The notes under the pieces were generated by a model. It saw only the letters and a program-made list of their open reading frames with translations. It was not told the origin of the DNA and ran no database searches. The position numbers were made by a program, and so were the translations under genes. This document shows, one piece after another, positions 28,474 to 39,900 of a DNA stretch of 64,000 bases. The stretch spans positions 1-64,000 of the IMG/VR virus record IMGVR_UViG_3300034073_003245; one strand, given 5' to 3'. The DNA comes from a virus. The stretch's first letter is position 1; every line of letters begins with the position of its first letter.

Positions 28474-29952
28474 CTAACCGATTACGACAACCGTAAAGGC
28501 ATTTGATGATGGTGCTGACGAGAACTGAACAGTCACGGTATCCGCATCAGTGCGAATCGTGTCAGCGATAACCGTGTCATAACTTGATGAATCGTAAACC
28601 TGAATAAGCACTTCTCTTGTATTAAAACCATGAATTACGGTAAATGAAGTGTCAACTCCATTGCCAACAGTCTTGCTAACTTTTCTCGCAAGAGAAGGGG
28701 TCGTAACGCCGGAACCCTGAACTCCTCCAGCCGCAAGGTTAGTTCTTGCGTTGGCTTCAGTTGAGGCTCCGGTACCACCGTGGGTTACTGGAAGATCGTT
28801 TGTAACCGCAGCAGACTGAGAAAGGTCAACTGCGCCAAACTCTGGCACACCGCCAGCAGCGGCGCGGAGAACTTGGTGCTGAGTGCCGGCCGCTGTTACG
28901 TCAAGAGCGCCTGTACCATTGCCGTAAATAACACCGTTGTCAGTAAACGATTCTTGTCCAGTACCACCGGCAGTAACCGCAACTGTCGTTGCATCCCATG
29001 TACCGGTTGTAATCGTTCCGAGGGTTGTAATTGACGTCTGGCCGACATATGTGGCGGCGATGTCAATTGAATCAGCGTTGACTGTGATTCTGTCGGCAGT
29101 GCCAACAGCATCAATCGTATTGCCCGTCTTTGTAAGACCATTCCCTGCCGTAATCTGCCCGGCGCCAGAGAATTGAGCAAAGTAAAGTTCTGTTGTGCCA
29201 AGAGTGATTGTGTCGTTAGTTGTAAGAACCCATCCGCTGTCGGCGTTTACCGTTCCTTCTGTAACGAAGGTGAACATTCCGGCAGTGACTTTGGCACTCG
29301 TGTCTGCATCGTCTGCTCTTGTTGGAGCGGCGCCATCATTAATGACGTAGATGCCGTTTTGGGATGCGCCAGAACCGGAGTCTTTAATAAGAACCCTATC
29401 TCCGGCAGCAAGGGTAACGCCGTCAAGCGTATCGCCGGCCTGCAGATCTGCCAGAGCACCCCACGGATCGCTTGTTGTCGCTGCGCGAACAGACGCTTTG
29501 ACATCCAGGCCTGAACGGGCTGCATCAACGTACGCTTTTGTTGCAGCATGGGCAGGATCGGTTGGGGTGCCAAATTTTGCTTGGCCATTAGCGTCTCTTT
29601 TTACAAGCGTGCTAACTGTTGCTTCTGAAGTCGCTCCAGTAAGAAGATTCCAAAAATCGGCAGATAGCAAACCCGCCGAATCAGTGTCGGCAAGATTCAA
29701 AGAAATTGAAATACTGCCATCAGATGCAGGTGTTAGTGTAATAGCGTCTGTATGATCGCCCGTCTTTGACAGCGTATTTATGGCGTTTTTCCAAGCCGAG
29801 TCCGTATCGTCGTACCAGCGAACGACGCCATTGGCGCTGTTGTAGTACATCCGGCCAGGGAACCCCGTTGGGTCTGTGGCTAGGACCTCAAAACGACCAT
29901 TAAGAATCTGATTCTGGTTGAGATCTAGATTTGTGACGAATTTTGTTGCCAT
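28474..29952 (-). CDS. Tail fibre/structural protein
   Basis: ATKAYVD..GLDVKASVRAAT, GDRVLIKD...NGIY, GGTGA repeats. Confidence 0.75.
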   Translation of the reverse strand: MATKFVTNLDLNQNQILNGRFEVLATDPTGFPGRMYYNSANGVVRWYDDTDSAWKNAINTLSKTGDHTDAITLTPASDGSISISLNLADTDSAGLLSADFWNLLTGATSEATVSTLVKRDANGQAKFGTPTDPAHAATKAYVDAARSGLDVKASVRAATTSDPWGALADLQAGDTLDGVTLAAGDRVLIKDSGSGASQNGIYVINDGAAPTRADDADTSAKVTAGMFTFVTEGTVNADSGWVLTTNDTITLGTTELYFAQFSGAGQITAGNGLTKTGNTIDAVGTADRITVNADSIDIAATYVGQTSITTLGTITTGTWDATTVAVTAGGTGQESFTDNGVIYGNGTGALDVTAAGTQHQVLRAAAGGVPEFGAVDLSQSAAVTNDLPVTHGGTGASTEANARTNLAAGGVQGSGVTTPSLARKVSKTVGNGVDTSFTVIHGFNTREVLIQVYDSSSYDTVIADTIRTDADTVTVQFSSAPSSNAFTVVVIG

Positions 29953-29962
29953 TTAGCCACCC

Positions 29963-30271
29963 TTACGTTAGATAGGCGTATCCCGAAAACGCCGCAGTGA
30001 AGGTCACCGTCACTTGCGTGTTGCTGTTATATGTTACCTCACCTATAACCACAGTATCTGCAGAATCAACCACCATTATTGACGGCTTCCCGCCCAAAGT
30101 GTGCTCAATCACCCACTCGGTAGCAGGCATAGCCTGTGTATGTATGTGACGCCTCGTATTTCCTGCAGCGCCATTTGACCGGACGATAACTACATTTGGT
30201 GCGTCCTGGTCAACAATGACCTGGTTAGGAGTGTCCTGAAATACATTGACGTTGTTGGGCACCGAACTCAT
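29963..30271 (-). CDS. Small structural protein
   Basis: W.I.H.LG..P...F....SG.AYL. Confidence 0.6.
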   Translation of the reverse strand: MSSVPNNVNVFQDTPNQVIVDQDAPNVVIVRSNGAAGNTRRHIHTQAMPATEWVIEHTLGGKPSIMVVDSADTVVIGEVTYNSNTQVTVTFTAAFSGYAYLT

Positions 30272-30633
30272 CTCGTCACCTCAGGCGACAGAATAAAATC
30301 ACCCTGAATAACTCTTGACACATTTCCGCCGCCATCAATAATTTCTAAGTCATACACACCGCTAGAAGTGAGTGCGGAGGTTTGCGTGTCGGTAATAATC
30401 ACGGAGACTTTGCCATTGTCCCCGTCAATAGATATCCCACCGTTTTCTGTGGTTAGAGAAATCATAACAGTTGACGATTCAATCGTTCTTCTTACCTGCA
30501 TTCTTGCTGTATGGCCGTTTAGGTCATACGGATAGAATATTTCTGGGTCAACAGAATCTGGATATTGAATCTCAAAAACGCGGCCAAAGGTAGTTCCCTG
30601 TTCACAATATATGTTGTAAACACCTGCAATCAT
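30268..30633 (-). CDS. Beta-sandwich baseplate/fibre adaptor
   Basis: EQGTTF...DL.G.TARMQVR...VYDLE...SPEVTR. Confidence 0.65.
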   Translation of the reverse strand: MIAGVYNIYCEQGTTFGRVFEIQYPDSVDPEIFYPYDLNGHTARMQVRRTIESSTVMISLTTENGGISIDGDNGKVSVIITDTQTSALTSSGVYDLEIIDGGGNVSRVIQGDFILSPEVTR

Positions 30634-30680
30634 TTTAGCCTCTCGCGCTTGTCTGGGTACCTCTATTGTGCCCTATTTGC

Positions 30681-31859
30681 TTATAGTGTGGCAGAACCAA
30701 GCCGCCCATAAATTGGATCCCCAAGAACAAGGTTGATTTCTTCAACCGACTCATGGCTTAGCGAATACCCCAGCGGTCTTGCCGGCTCTGCTGCGGCAAG
30801 GATTATTTCAGAATCAGGGCTTTCGCTAGTAATTGTAATAATTTTTATAGCCCATGGATCACCACCAGAAATCTGGGAAATGATGACTGTTTTTGTGCCA
30901 GTTAGAACGAATTGCACCGCTTCCCTAATGGCCTGCTGGGTCCCCGCGCCAGAACCATAACCAGCAGGGCTCAACTGCCATGTTCTAAAATCTTCCAGAT
31001 TTTCTTCTGGTATAACTGGCGCGCCGAGATAATAAACCTGTTTTCTCAGTTTATTGCCACTGAACTGTGCCAGCCACTGTACATACTCGTCTCTTACGAC
31101 CTTATAGTTTGCGACCCTACTTAGCATTCGTGGATCATCTTTTGTAATACCTGCGGGCACTTCTCTTTCTTCGTATTCAAACCATTCAGAATAAGAGAAC
31201 ATTGTGTCGGCAATTGCATCCGTAAGAACGTCAATAAACCTGAACATTGGGTAGCGCGGGTTTTCCTGCAAAGCGTCGTACTCAGCGTAGAAACCAGGCA
31301 TATACGGCTTCATGCTGTTAATGACCGGATTAGATAGCCACGCTGAATCATTTACAAAATTGGGCGTTGAAATCCTTACTCTTGTGGTGTTGTGATTTGA
31401 GATAATTAAATCAAGTTTATAAAAGTTTGAATAAACACCATCTGCCTCATTGACCGTGTATTGGTTTGACCTAAAAGCCCCCCACAGCCCGGCTTGCAGT
31501 GTTTTTTGAACGCCGGCATTTGGTTCCGTTTCTTCAACATCATAAATACGCGCCGTTACTGTGACGTCGTAGTTTTGAGATATTAGTACACCTGTAAAAA
31601 CGAATATTTGTCCAATGTCTTCTGTTTCAAGAAAACTGTCAAGCGGTATTGTCACCGTGACTGGTCCAGGGCCGCTTGGCGCAACGTCAACTACATAAAA
31701 GTTTGGTGTATAAGGATTATCTGATGTAACAACAAGTGAACCGCCAGAGCATGACCAGGCAAATGAAGAAGATATGTCATTTATTGAATACTCAGTAGTG
31801 CCGTCAACAGAAAACCTTCGTAGCGCGTTATAGTCGTCAAGTCTCTGTATTGTCTTCAT
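30681..31859 (-). CDS. Baseplate wedge protein (gpI-like C-terminal part)
   Basis: Follows baseplate J; WLAQF.G, AGT..AIREAV. Confidence 0.6.
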   Translation of the reverse strand: MKTIQRLDDYNALRRFSVDGTTEYSINDISSSFAWSCSGGSLVVTSDNPYTPNFYVVDVAPSGPGPVTVTIPLDSFLETEDIGQIFVFTGVLISQNYDVTVTARIYDVEETEPNAGVQKTLQAGLWGAFRSNQYTVNEADGVYSNFYKLDLIISNHNTTRVRISTPNFVNDSAWLSNPVINSMKPYMPGFYAEYDALQENPRYPMFRFIDVLTDAIADTMFSYSEWFEYEEREVPAGITKDDPRMLSRVANYKVVRDEYVQWLAQFSGNKLRKQVYYLGAPVIPEENLEDFRTWQLSPAGYGSGAGTQQAIREAVQFVLTGTKTVIISQISGGDPWAIKIITITSESPDSEIILAAAEPARPLGYSLSHESVEEINLVLGDPIYGRLGSATL

Positions 31860-33064
31860 CAGATATCAACAGACGTAAGGGCAACAGTGACATTCTGAAA
31901 TGGCATGTATGGAAGTGTCCCCTTTTTGGGGAAATCAACTGAAGATGCACCGCTTGATGAATTTCCATCTTCGCTGGTTACTGATATTGATGGAACAAAA
32001 ATAACGCCAGGAACAGAAGAAGCGAGAGCATAAAATTCCGACATTTTTATTGAATCAGTAAATCTATAGTTTTCTGGCGAAAAGTATTGAGATATTACAG
32101 ACTGCAAATTTTCTTCAACTATTGTCGCTTCGTATTCCGATGAATACCCGGCCTCAATAACAAGACTCAACTCTGCAAGAGTTACCGGATTTACGCCAAC
32201 CTCAAGGCCGGCAACTGTCCTTGCCTGGATTGCTAAAAGAAGATCAACCTTTTCATCTTCTGTTGGAAGTCTCCCAATCCCGTAGACATAAACCGTGACG
32301 TGGCCAACTTCCGCTGGTGTTTCCCACAATTGATCCCCAGCAGGATCCGTAAGGTCATATGTTTTACATCTAGAAACAGTTTCTGTGAACTGAGAAAGAG
32401 CAAAACCATCAATTTGACTTGCTCTTGCAAAAGAAGAAGATAGCGAGCCTAAATATTGAACCGCCCTTTCAAGATACTCATCGGATGTTTCTGGATTAGA
32501 GCCATATGTAAGGATTGAATCAAGTGTTGCGGAAACAATGTTAGAAGTTGGTGTGTCAATTGAAAATTCAAGACCTTGCCCTATTGGGAGAATTACACCA
32601 ACATCAAGTGCTCGGCATTCAATGGTTGTAGAAGGAAGCGGTTCTGTTCCGGTATATGTAACGGGATCAATAATTCCTTCTTCTGCTGTTTCAAAATATA
32701 TTGAAATCGGTTGTCCAAGATTTTCATAGTCGTATCTAATGACCGTTCCAGCAGGAATAGAAGTTCCGTCATAGTCAATGCATGTAAAAACTACGTCAAT
32801 AGTTGCTCTTGCGCCCTCGTTTGCCGTTACCCCCATCATCCCGAGAATGCCCGACATTAAACGGTCTGGCAACCTGTTGATCGCCGCAATATTCAGGGAT
32901 GAAATATAGGAAATCGCCTGAAGTATGGCGTCTTCTGGGGTTCCCTGGCGCAATTGAAATTCAGGCAAAGCAAGACGCCCGTATTCAATGGCATCAAAAT
33001 AAATGTCGGTTGGAGATACGTCAAAGTCTCTCAGTGTTACATATCTTGAAAAATCATACGGCAT
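31859..33064 (-). CDS. Baseplate J-like protein
   Basis: IPAGT, ETSDEYLER, GHVTVYV motifs; position in the tail module. Confidence 0.8.
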   Translation of the reverse strand: MPYDFSRYVTLRDFDVSPTDIYFDAIEYGRLALPEFQLRQGTPEDAILQAISYISSLNIAAINRLPDRLMSGILGMMGVTANEGARATIDVVFTCIDYDGTSIPAGTVIRYDYENLGQPISIYFETAEEGIIDPVTYTGTEPLPSTTIECRALDVGVILPIGQGLEFSIDTPTSNIVSATLDSILTYGSNPETSDEYLERAVQYLGSLSSSFARASQIDGFALSQFTETVSRCKTYDLTDPAGDQLWETPAEVGHVTVYVYGIGRLPTEDEKVDLLLAIQARTVAGLEVGVNPVTLAELSLVIEAGYSSEYEATIVEENLQSVISQYFSPENYRFTDSIKMSEFYALASSVPGVIFVPSISVTSEDGNSSSGASSVDFPKKGTLPYMPFQNVTVALTSVDI

Positions 33065-33369
33065 TAACGATCACCAACTATCTTGAAGGAAAATTCAACG
33101 CTCAATGACCCGCTTACTGGCTCTTTTGAGGGGACAATTGATGTTATCTCAACTTCTGGAACATATTTAGCCGCATTGAGAATAAAATCAGCAGGTTCAA
33201 CTGGCATGAATGATGGATCCAAAACTCCAAAGTCGGGCGTAATCGGATTTTCTCCCGGCTCTGTCAGTAGGGAGATTGTTAACATTTGTTTGTAATAATC
33301 GTATGTACCATCTGTGAGTTTGGCTATTCCTGTAGTGTCAAACTTTAATGGAAATTCAAGTGAGTCCAT
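33064..33369 (-). CDS. gp25/GPW-like baseplate protein
   Basis: LLTEPGENPITPDFG. Confidence 0.75.
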   Translation of the reverse strand: MDSLEFPLKFDTTGIAKLTDGTYDYYKQMLTISLLTEPGENPITPDFGVLDPSFMPVEPADFILNAAKYVPEVEITSIVPSKEPVSGSLSVEFSFKIVGDR

Positions 33370-33375
33370 TTTCTT

Positions 33376-33384
33376 ATTATCTCA
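33376..33384 (-). promoter_or_regulatory. Extended -10 (TGaGATAAT), leaderless start of the gp25-like gene
   Basis: 6 nt before the ATG at 33369. Confidence 0.4.
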
Positions 33385-33386
33385 CA

Positions 33387-33701
33387 TTATCCGAACACTT
33401 GTGTTGCGATTATTGAACTTGCGCTCAAGTCTCCGTCATCTGCGGATGGATTTGCCTCACCCATGACATACATTTCCGTATTAGAGGCATTTGTGTATGC
33501 GCAAAGCACTTGTGTGCCGACTGCCAATGGTTTGCCTAGCCTCGCATTTAAAACCCGCAGTGGGCCCACTGTCACCCCAAGTTTGGGAATGGTTACAAAT
33601 GGTCTTTCTTGTTGGTTAACTGCTTTAACAATTCCAACATATATTCCTCCAGGAGGAGTCGGATGTTGTGATGCTTTTGATCTGTTGATGATGTTAGCCA
33701 A
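33387..33701 (-). CDS. Baseplate spike OB-fold protein (gpV-like)
   Basis: GIYVGIV...V.IP.L...L.VG.QVLC. Confidence 0.55.
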   Translation of the reverse strand: MANIINRSKASQHPTPPGGIYVGIVKAVNQQERPFVTIPKLGVTVGPLRVLNARLGKPLAVGTQVLCAYTNASNTEMYVMGEANPSADDGDLSASSIIATQVFG

Positions 33702-35373
33702 TTGAGCACCTACCTATGTTTACAGCGATTGCATCGTCAACTTGTCCCTTGACAATTTTTTTATAAGATTTAGGAAAACGTTTTTTTAAAACTTCATCTT
33801 GTATTGCGTAAAGGATATTATTGTAAAATTTTGCACCTAATTGAGATTCAAAAATTCCATGATGCAGCGCCGAGTTGTAATACAGGCTTTCTGCGTCTTC
33901 TGGAGAACCGAGCAACGGCGCACCATCGGCGCATGACAGCATTTCACCAATTACATATACGTTATTTTCTGCATCATAGAATATATGCGTGCTGATTGTA
34001 ATTATTTGTTTACCGCCAATATTGTTTTGGATATATAGCGGCCTGTTGTAGATGTCAATATTCCCAAATTCAACCATATCTGCAATAGCATTAAGCGCTT
34101 CCTGCAAAGAAACTCCACCTGGAACAAGTTTTCTTATTGCATTAGAGTTCACAAAATTTAAAACGTGGGGATAATAATCAGGTCTTCTTGAGTTTGGAAG
34201 TTTAACCATAGACAATTGGCCGTCTGGAGAAAGTGTAGTTCCCGGTATTGCCCCAGTTGGGAGTATTTCTGCCCTAGTGACTTCGCCTATTGCGCTGGCG
34301 CCATAAATTGGTCTTTGTATTTTGTACTGAGATTCAAATATCTGACCCACTGGTAGTTGTGGGATATCCGGCTCTTTGCCGTCTTCTTTTCTCAAACGTT
34401 CAGGCGTTCTGAATTCAACACCAACCGGATCGGTTGTCTGCTCGGAAAAGTTAACTGCTGTTATTAAATAATATCCAGACATATTCGGAATATTTTTAAT
34501 GCGTATTGTCATTCCCGGTCTTAACTGGACTCCGTTTTGGCGAGATACCTGAAGAGAGCCAGACGCCTCCATCGGGTCGTTTTCATTTCGCGATATTTGC
34601 GGAAGAGACATGACCTCAAATGCCGAAGGGTTTGCCGTATAGCCCACATAATCCATAGGTATGTAATATTTATTTGGATATAGTTCCGGTTTTTTTGTTT
34701 TTGGATTAATAATTGGCTTACCTTTTTTGTCCTTCTTTTGCTTGCCCTTTAGGACCTCCGTACCCCATCTATAAAGAAGCCATTCTTGTGTACCAAAGTA
34801 CAAAACTCCATCTTGCACAAAAAGCATGTACTGAGACTCATCTGCAATGCTCTTGATGACATTCCAAACAGAGTCAGATTGACCATCTCCAGAGTTTTTG
34901 CTTGAATGCTTGATTCTTGAACTTTTTTCTCCAACAAACTGGAGACCGTATCTTCTGGCTGCTTTTTGAACATAGGAATAACCAGAGCCACTAATTGCTT
35001 CAGGTTTTTTATCTCGCTTCATTTGCTGAACGGCTTTGGGCATGGCCTCAACAGACCAAATAGGCGAAGAACTATTTTGCTGCGAAACAGAAACCTGGCT
35101 TATTTCGTATATGTGTCGTATTCTTGTGACTATTGGAGAATCGTCACCCAAAACTCTTATTTTGTCTATTGAGGTTGTCTCATACACAACGTCAACTCCT
35201 ACTTGGAAGTAGTTATTTACGCCCATTACAAAACCTGGGTCAATAACAGAAAAAGAAAGTTGATTAGCCATATCCATTGAATAACTAACATTTATATTCA
35301 AAAGATTTGATGCTATAGACGCCATCTGCGCTCTTGACAGATATCCAATCTGTAGAGACTCTCCCGTAAACAT
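33694..35373 (-). CDS. Baseplate hub (gpD/XkdQ-like)
   Basis: Position after the tube initiator; DSVW..IK.IA...LF..DG.LYF, LRPGMTI...SGYYLIT.V. Confidence 0.65.
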   Translation of the reverse strand: MFTGESLQIGYLSRAQMASIASNLLNINVSYSMDMANQLSFSVIDPGFVMGVNNYFQVGVDVVYETTSIDKIRVLGDDSPIVTRIRHIYEISQVSVSQQNSSSPIWSVEAMPKAVQQMKRDKKPEAISGSGYSYVQKAARRYGLQFVGEKSSRIKHSSKNSGDGQSDSVWNVIKSIADESQYMLFVQDGVLYFGTQEWLLYRWGTEVLKGKQKKDKKGKPIINPKTKKPELYPNKYYIPMDYVGYTANPSAFEVMSLPQISRNENDPMEASGSLQVSRQNGVQLRPGMTIRIKNIPNMSGYYLITAVNFSEQTTDPVGVEFRTPERLRKEDGKEPDIPQLPVGQIFESQYKIQRPIYGASAIGEVTRAEILPTGAIPGTTLSPDGQLSMVKLPNSRRPDYYPHVLNFVNSNAIRKLVPGGVSLQEALNAIADMVEFGNIDIYNRPLYIQNNIGGKQIITISTHIFYDAENNVYVIGEMLSCADGAPLLGSPEDAESLYYNSALHHGIFESQLGAKFYNNILYAIQDEVLKKRFPKSYKKIVKGQVDDAIAVNIGRCSIG

Positions 35374-35376
35374 CGT

Positions 35377-36927
35377 TTAACCTTTTGGTTGCGGATATGC
35401 AATAGAAGAAACGGTTGGGACAAAAGTGTAGGTATTTGTCCACAAGTCTCTTTGCGGATCTGTTTTTGGTGGCGGACAACATTCAGGCTTGCCGCTTCCT
35501 GGCCTTAATTTTGGAATGCGAATAATGTCTCTTGCTATTATTGGGTACTCATTTAGTGTGATGGACACTTCAGCCGCCGCTATTTCCTTGCCATTCGGAG
35601 TAAGTCTGTTCGCGACAATAGACATGTCAGCGATTACCCAACTAATTCCACCTGCTTTTTGCAAAAATGGGTATCTAAAAGTATTTGTCAGAAGCGTATT
35701 CATGTTATAAATTCTGATCGGGCTAGGGGCGGCAGCCATGCTTCTTATGTTGTCAATTTGTTCGTCAATTGAAACATCAATACCGTCATTCAATGGTTGA
35801 CCACTGAAAAATCCAGGGCCGAAAGCGGTTGTCCGTGTTCCGGTCACCAAAAACCTAAACGAAACTTTTGTTAGGTTGTAATTTGACCAGTCAACATAAG
35901 GATAATTTCCACTTCTAGGAACTTCATTCCAGGTTGAGTTTAGTTGAGAAAATTCAAAAGAATTTGGTATCAACTCAAATGCGTGCCGCCTAACGATGTC
36001 TGTTCTTGTAGATGACGTAGCGCCAGTTCTTTCATAAACAGAAAATTTTTGCTCCATATAGGGAGCGGCGTTATTGTAGGCAATACCACTGTTAAAGTCT
36101 CTAGTATTTATTTGGACGGTAACTGTGGACTTGGACGATGGAGTTTGGTTATTTTTTCTGTTGTCACCGCGCCTCTGGCTTGATCCTGTTGATGGGGTGT
36201 TGGTTGATGGGTTGCTTGAACCAGAAGAACCGCTAGACCACCCCTCAAACTCTCTCGGCACTCTATATTTGTCGCCAGGGTCAAAGCCCTCAAACTCCCT
36301 AACACCGCTTGGCCGCCCGGGATCAAAGCCTTCAAATTCGCGAGGTGTTGTGTATTTTTTCCCGTAGAAATTATCCCAAGCCTCATTTGATTTGCCAAGT
36401 TCTTCAAGGAAATCTTTGTCTACGCCAGGCTGATCTACAGTCGGAGGAACAATTCTTGATGGGGCGTCTGTAGTTCCACCAGAGGTTATTTCATCAATTT
36501 CTAGAGATGAAAGACGGATAAAAACAAAGTTTCCCCAAGCCTTTGAATTATCAAGCCTTGTTCTTTCAAGTTTATCTTTTACAAGATTATCTTCGTACTC
36601 TATTTTGGCGCCGGAAATTGTTCTAACGGTAAATTTTTCATTTGACTTCCCCGGTTTTCCGGTTTTAACCCAAATGTACTGCCCTGCGCCAAGAACTGGT
36701 TTTCCATCAAGCCCATCATTTACGATCTTTTCCCATATTGGAAAATTTTTTGTTTTTTCATTAGTACAGCGATAAACAACAAGGCCTGCATTCTGCTCGG
36801 CTACTTGCACGATCATTCCAGGTCGCTGTTTTTCAAAAACATTATTTTGGCGCTCATATGAAAGACCGCCACTAGGGTGCGCCCGGATCGGGTTCTTGAA
36901 TGTTCCGTTTTCCCGTGAGGTTGCCAT
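35377..36927 (-). CDS. Tail tube initiator-like protein with N-terminal extension
   Basis: Directly after the tape measure; C-terminal WVI.DMSI...AEVSITL.EY. Confidence 0.5.
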   Translation of the reverse strand: MATSRENGTFKNPIRAHPSGGLSYERQNNVFEKQRPGMIVQVAEQNAGLVVYRCTNEKTKNFPIWEKIVNDGLDGKPVLGAGQYIWVKTGKPGKSNEKFTVRTISGAKIEYEDNLVKDKLERTRLDNSKAWGNFVFIRLSSLEIDEITSGGTTDAPSRIVPPTVDQPGVDKDFLEELGKSNEAWDNFYGKKYTTPREFEGFDPGRPSGVREFEGFDPGDKYRVPREFEGWSSGSSGSSNPSTNTPSTGSSQRRGDNRKNNQTPSSKSTVTVQINTRDFNSGIAYNNAAPYMEQKFSVYERTGATSSTRTDIVRRHAFELIPNSFEFSQLNSTWNEVPRSGNYPYVDWSNYNLTKVSFRFLVTGTRTTAFGPGFFSGQPLNDGIDVSIDEQIDNIRSMAAAPSPIRIYNMNTLLTNTFRYPFLQKAGGISWVIADMSIVANRLTPNGKEIAAAEVSITLNEYPIIARDIIRIPKLRPGSGKPECCPPPKTDPQRDLWTNTYTFVPTVSSIAYPQPKG

Positions 36928-39900
36928 TACGACCTGTCTCTCTTCTGGCGCTCAATGTCCTTGACTTTTTGAAAAACCATTTCTGCAATTTCATTGGCAG
37001 ACGCATTTGCGTTACCAGAAATATAGAAGTTGTAGTTGTTTCCGCCACCACTGCCCATGGTTAGTGGTTGGCGCGATGCCATTTGACCAACTGGAGTTGC
37101 AGAGTCTCCAATCCCCGGTCCTGGAACAACATGGAGATGTCTCGCTCCGCCTATGCCGTGGAACTCTGCAAACCCGCCACCAGCCCTAACTAGGGTTTGA
37201 TACTGCCCTAGGTTTTGCCCAACTAAATCGTACGCTCTTCCGGTTACGTGGTCTGAGTTTATTGAACCAAGACCGTAGTTTCTAAAGGATGACGTGACCG
37301 TCCGTTTGCCAGTAAGCATTCCATCCATTGCTGAATGTCTTCCCATAGTCTGTGCAAGTTTGCTAGAAGTTGTGTCGCCAATTCTTGAGCCGCGAGGCGT
37401 GGGAGTGTCTTCTGTTTCAAGAAGTTTCTTGAAAGACTCCTTCGTATACCAGGACGGAACTTGTTCTTGCTGGGAAGTATAAAACTCTTTCATCTTGTTG
37501 ATAAGTTCAGTTGTCTTGTTGGCCATCTCCTGTGGAAGATCTTCTAGTTTTGTTGCTTCGCTGGATGGCTTATCAAGGGCTGTCATCTTTAGACCACCAA
37601 GACCGAGAGACGTCAAGTATTCACCCATCCTGAGTGAACCCTGGTTAAAGCCGCCAATTGAAGCCTGCGCAATTTTTGCCAACTGCTCAGGGCTCATCTT
37701 CATGATCCGTTGATTTACCTCTTCGGCATTGAGTGTTTGGCCACTCTTGCCTAGAAGCAGAGTGTTTAGTTGTCCAGATATCTGGCCGGCAAATTGCGGA
37801 AGAACCGCTTTTTGATATTCAACAAACGCAGGATTTTCGTAGAACTTTTGGTCGGCCATTCCCTCAAAAGCGCCGCCTTTTTGATATGCGGTGCCGCCCT
37901 TTTGGAACGAAAGCATTGTCTGGGCAAGAGCCATTCCCGGATCGCCGTAGTATGCAATATTTTGCTCAATAATATCTCTAATAAATTTTGTTTTGTCTTT
38001 TTCCGATGCCTGACCACCACTCGTTGAATCAACAAGATCTCTAAAGGCTCTTGCTGTTTCGTTAAGAATTTCTGGCGCCTCAAGTCTCTTGAGGTTCTCG
38101 TCAAAAATACTCAAGTTGTCAACCAAAATATTATTCAGAGAAGTTTTCATTTGCTCTGTAGTTTTCATGGTCGTTAGACCGAGTTCTTTCATGATCTCAA
38201 TAGAACTCTTGGTTGCGTCATACAGGTTGACATTCATTGACTTGGCAAGTTCGTTAATTTCCCTGTCTGACTTGCCGGTTATGCGATTGAGGTCATCCAT
38301 CCTCTTGTTGTACTTTTCCTGCAGAGGGCCCATAGCCTGCTCAGTAAGTTCCATGTCTTTTTTCATTGTTTTTAGAAATTCGCCAGGCTTTTTTAGGTTT
38401 TCCTCAAGTTCTTTTGAAGACATTTCAACGCCAAGTTGTTTTTGCAAAGAAAAAATTTGCTTGACTGTTTTTTCCTGGTCTGCCCTGTATGAAGGTATTT
38501 CCCCAATAACTTCCTGAACCCTTCTTTGCCTCTCTTGAAGATTTTTAAACACATCTCTAACTGCGGTGCGACCAGAGCCGCTTTCTTTTGCGACAGAATC
38601 AAAAATGCCACTCAATGTTGTATTGAGTATCTCGTTTGTCATCTCTGTTGCGTTTTTACGGGCCTGTTTTGCTTCTGCTCGTTTTTTATTGAGATTTCCC
38701 GCAATAGCACCAACCACACCGCCAACTACTGCTCCAACTGCCGCACCAACAGGACCACCCATCATCGCGCCAAGTGCCGCGCCTCCGCCTATTCCAGAAA
38801 GGGCTCCCCCAGCAGAAGTTTTTGCTGTAAGAGCAGTGCCGCCAAGACCAACAGCCAGGCCAGCAAGTGGGTTCATCATTCCCACCATTCCACCAAGGGC
38901 GAGCGCGCCCTGCGCTTCCTGTGGAGCGATCATTGATAGAGCAGATAGGCCCATTGAGGCTCCCATCTTCCCGCTCATTGAGCCCTGGAATTTGCCCATT
39001 CTTTTTCCAAATTTTCCTTCAGATCTTTGTCTTCTTAGGAAACTGGCAGTCCTTTGACGCCTTGTGTCCTTAAAGTCTTTTCCTCCAGGCGTGTCATCGT
39101 AGTCAACGCTTTGGTTATAAAACCATTGCCCTATTCTGTTAAAGCGTGCTGCTCTGCCAGGAAGATTAACTCTGTAGTTTGGATCACCCGTGTACCATCT
39201 TCTGTTTACTGGACTTGTCGGCCCGGCTGGAATGCTTGGGGTTGGAAGCACAAACCCGCCCGGCCCTCCCGGCCCGCCTGGTCCACCCGGCCCGCCACCT
39301 GGTGCAATAATGATTGGTGCGCCTCCAGTTGACATCATGCCTCTTGATGACATGCCACCACCGCCGCCTGGGGTAATAACTTGGCCCCTGTTGAGCGCAG
39401 CCATTGTTGTGCCAAGGTTTCTTCCGCCAGCGACTGGTGTTGCTGGAGCACCGCGAGCCCCAATTCCGCCTATATTTACATTGTTGGCATTGACGTTCAT
39501 GTTCCTGACGTTTTCTGAGGCGATAAAACCACCCTTGGTGTTTTTCGCTTTTTGAAGACCGGTTCTCATGAGGGCAAATGTTGCGAATGCCCCAAACGCT
39601 CCACCCCCGGTCAGGCCCTGAAGGCCTTTGACCATTGATGTAATAGCGCCAACGATTGCCGTTAGACCCGAGAGAACATCGTTAATAAACGGAAGCATTC
39701 TCTGGAAGAGTTTTGTCATCTCTCCCTGGAATTCCATAATTTTTCCGATTAATTCACCGACACGATCACCAAACTCAAGAACAGTATCGCTGTTGTTCTG
39801 AAGCCATTGGTTGAATTGGCCGAATCTTGACGAACCAACCGCCTTTACGTGAGCCCAAACTCGGCCAAACATTTTCTCAATAACTCTCGCTCCGTCAATG

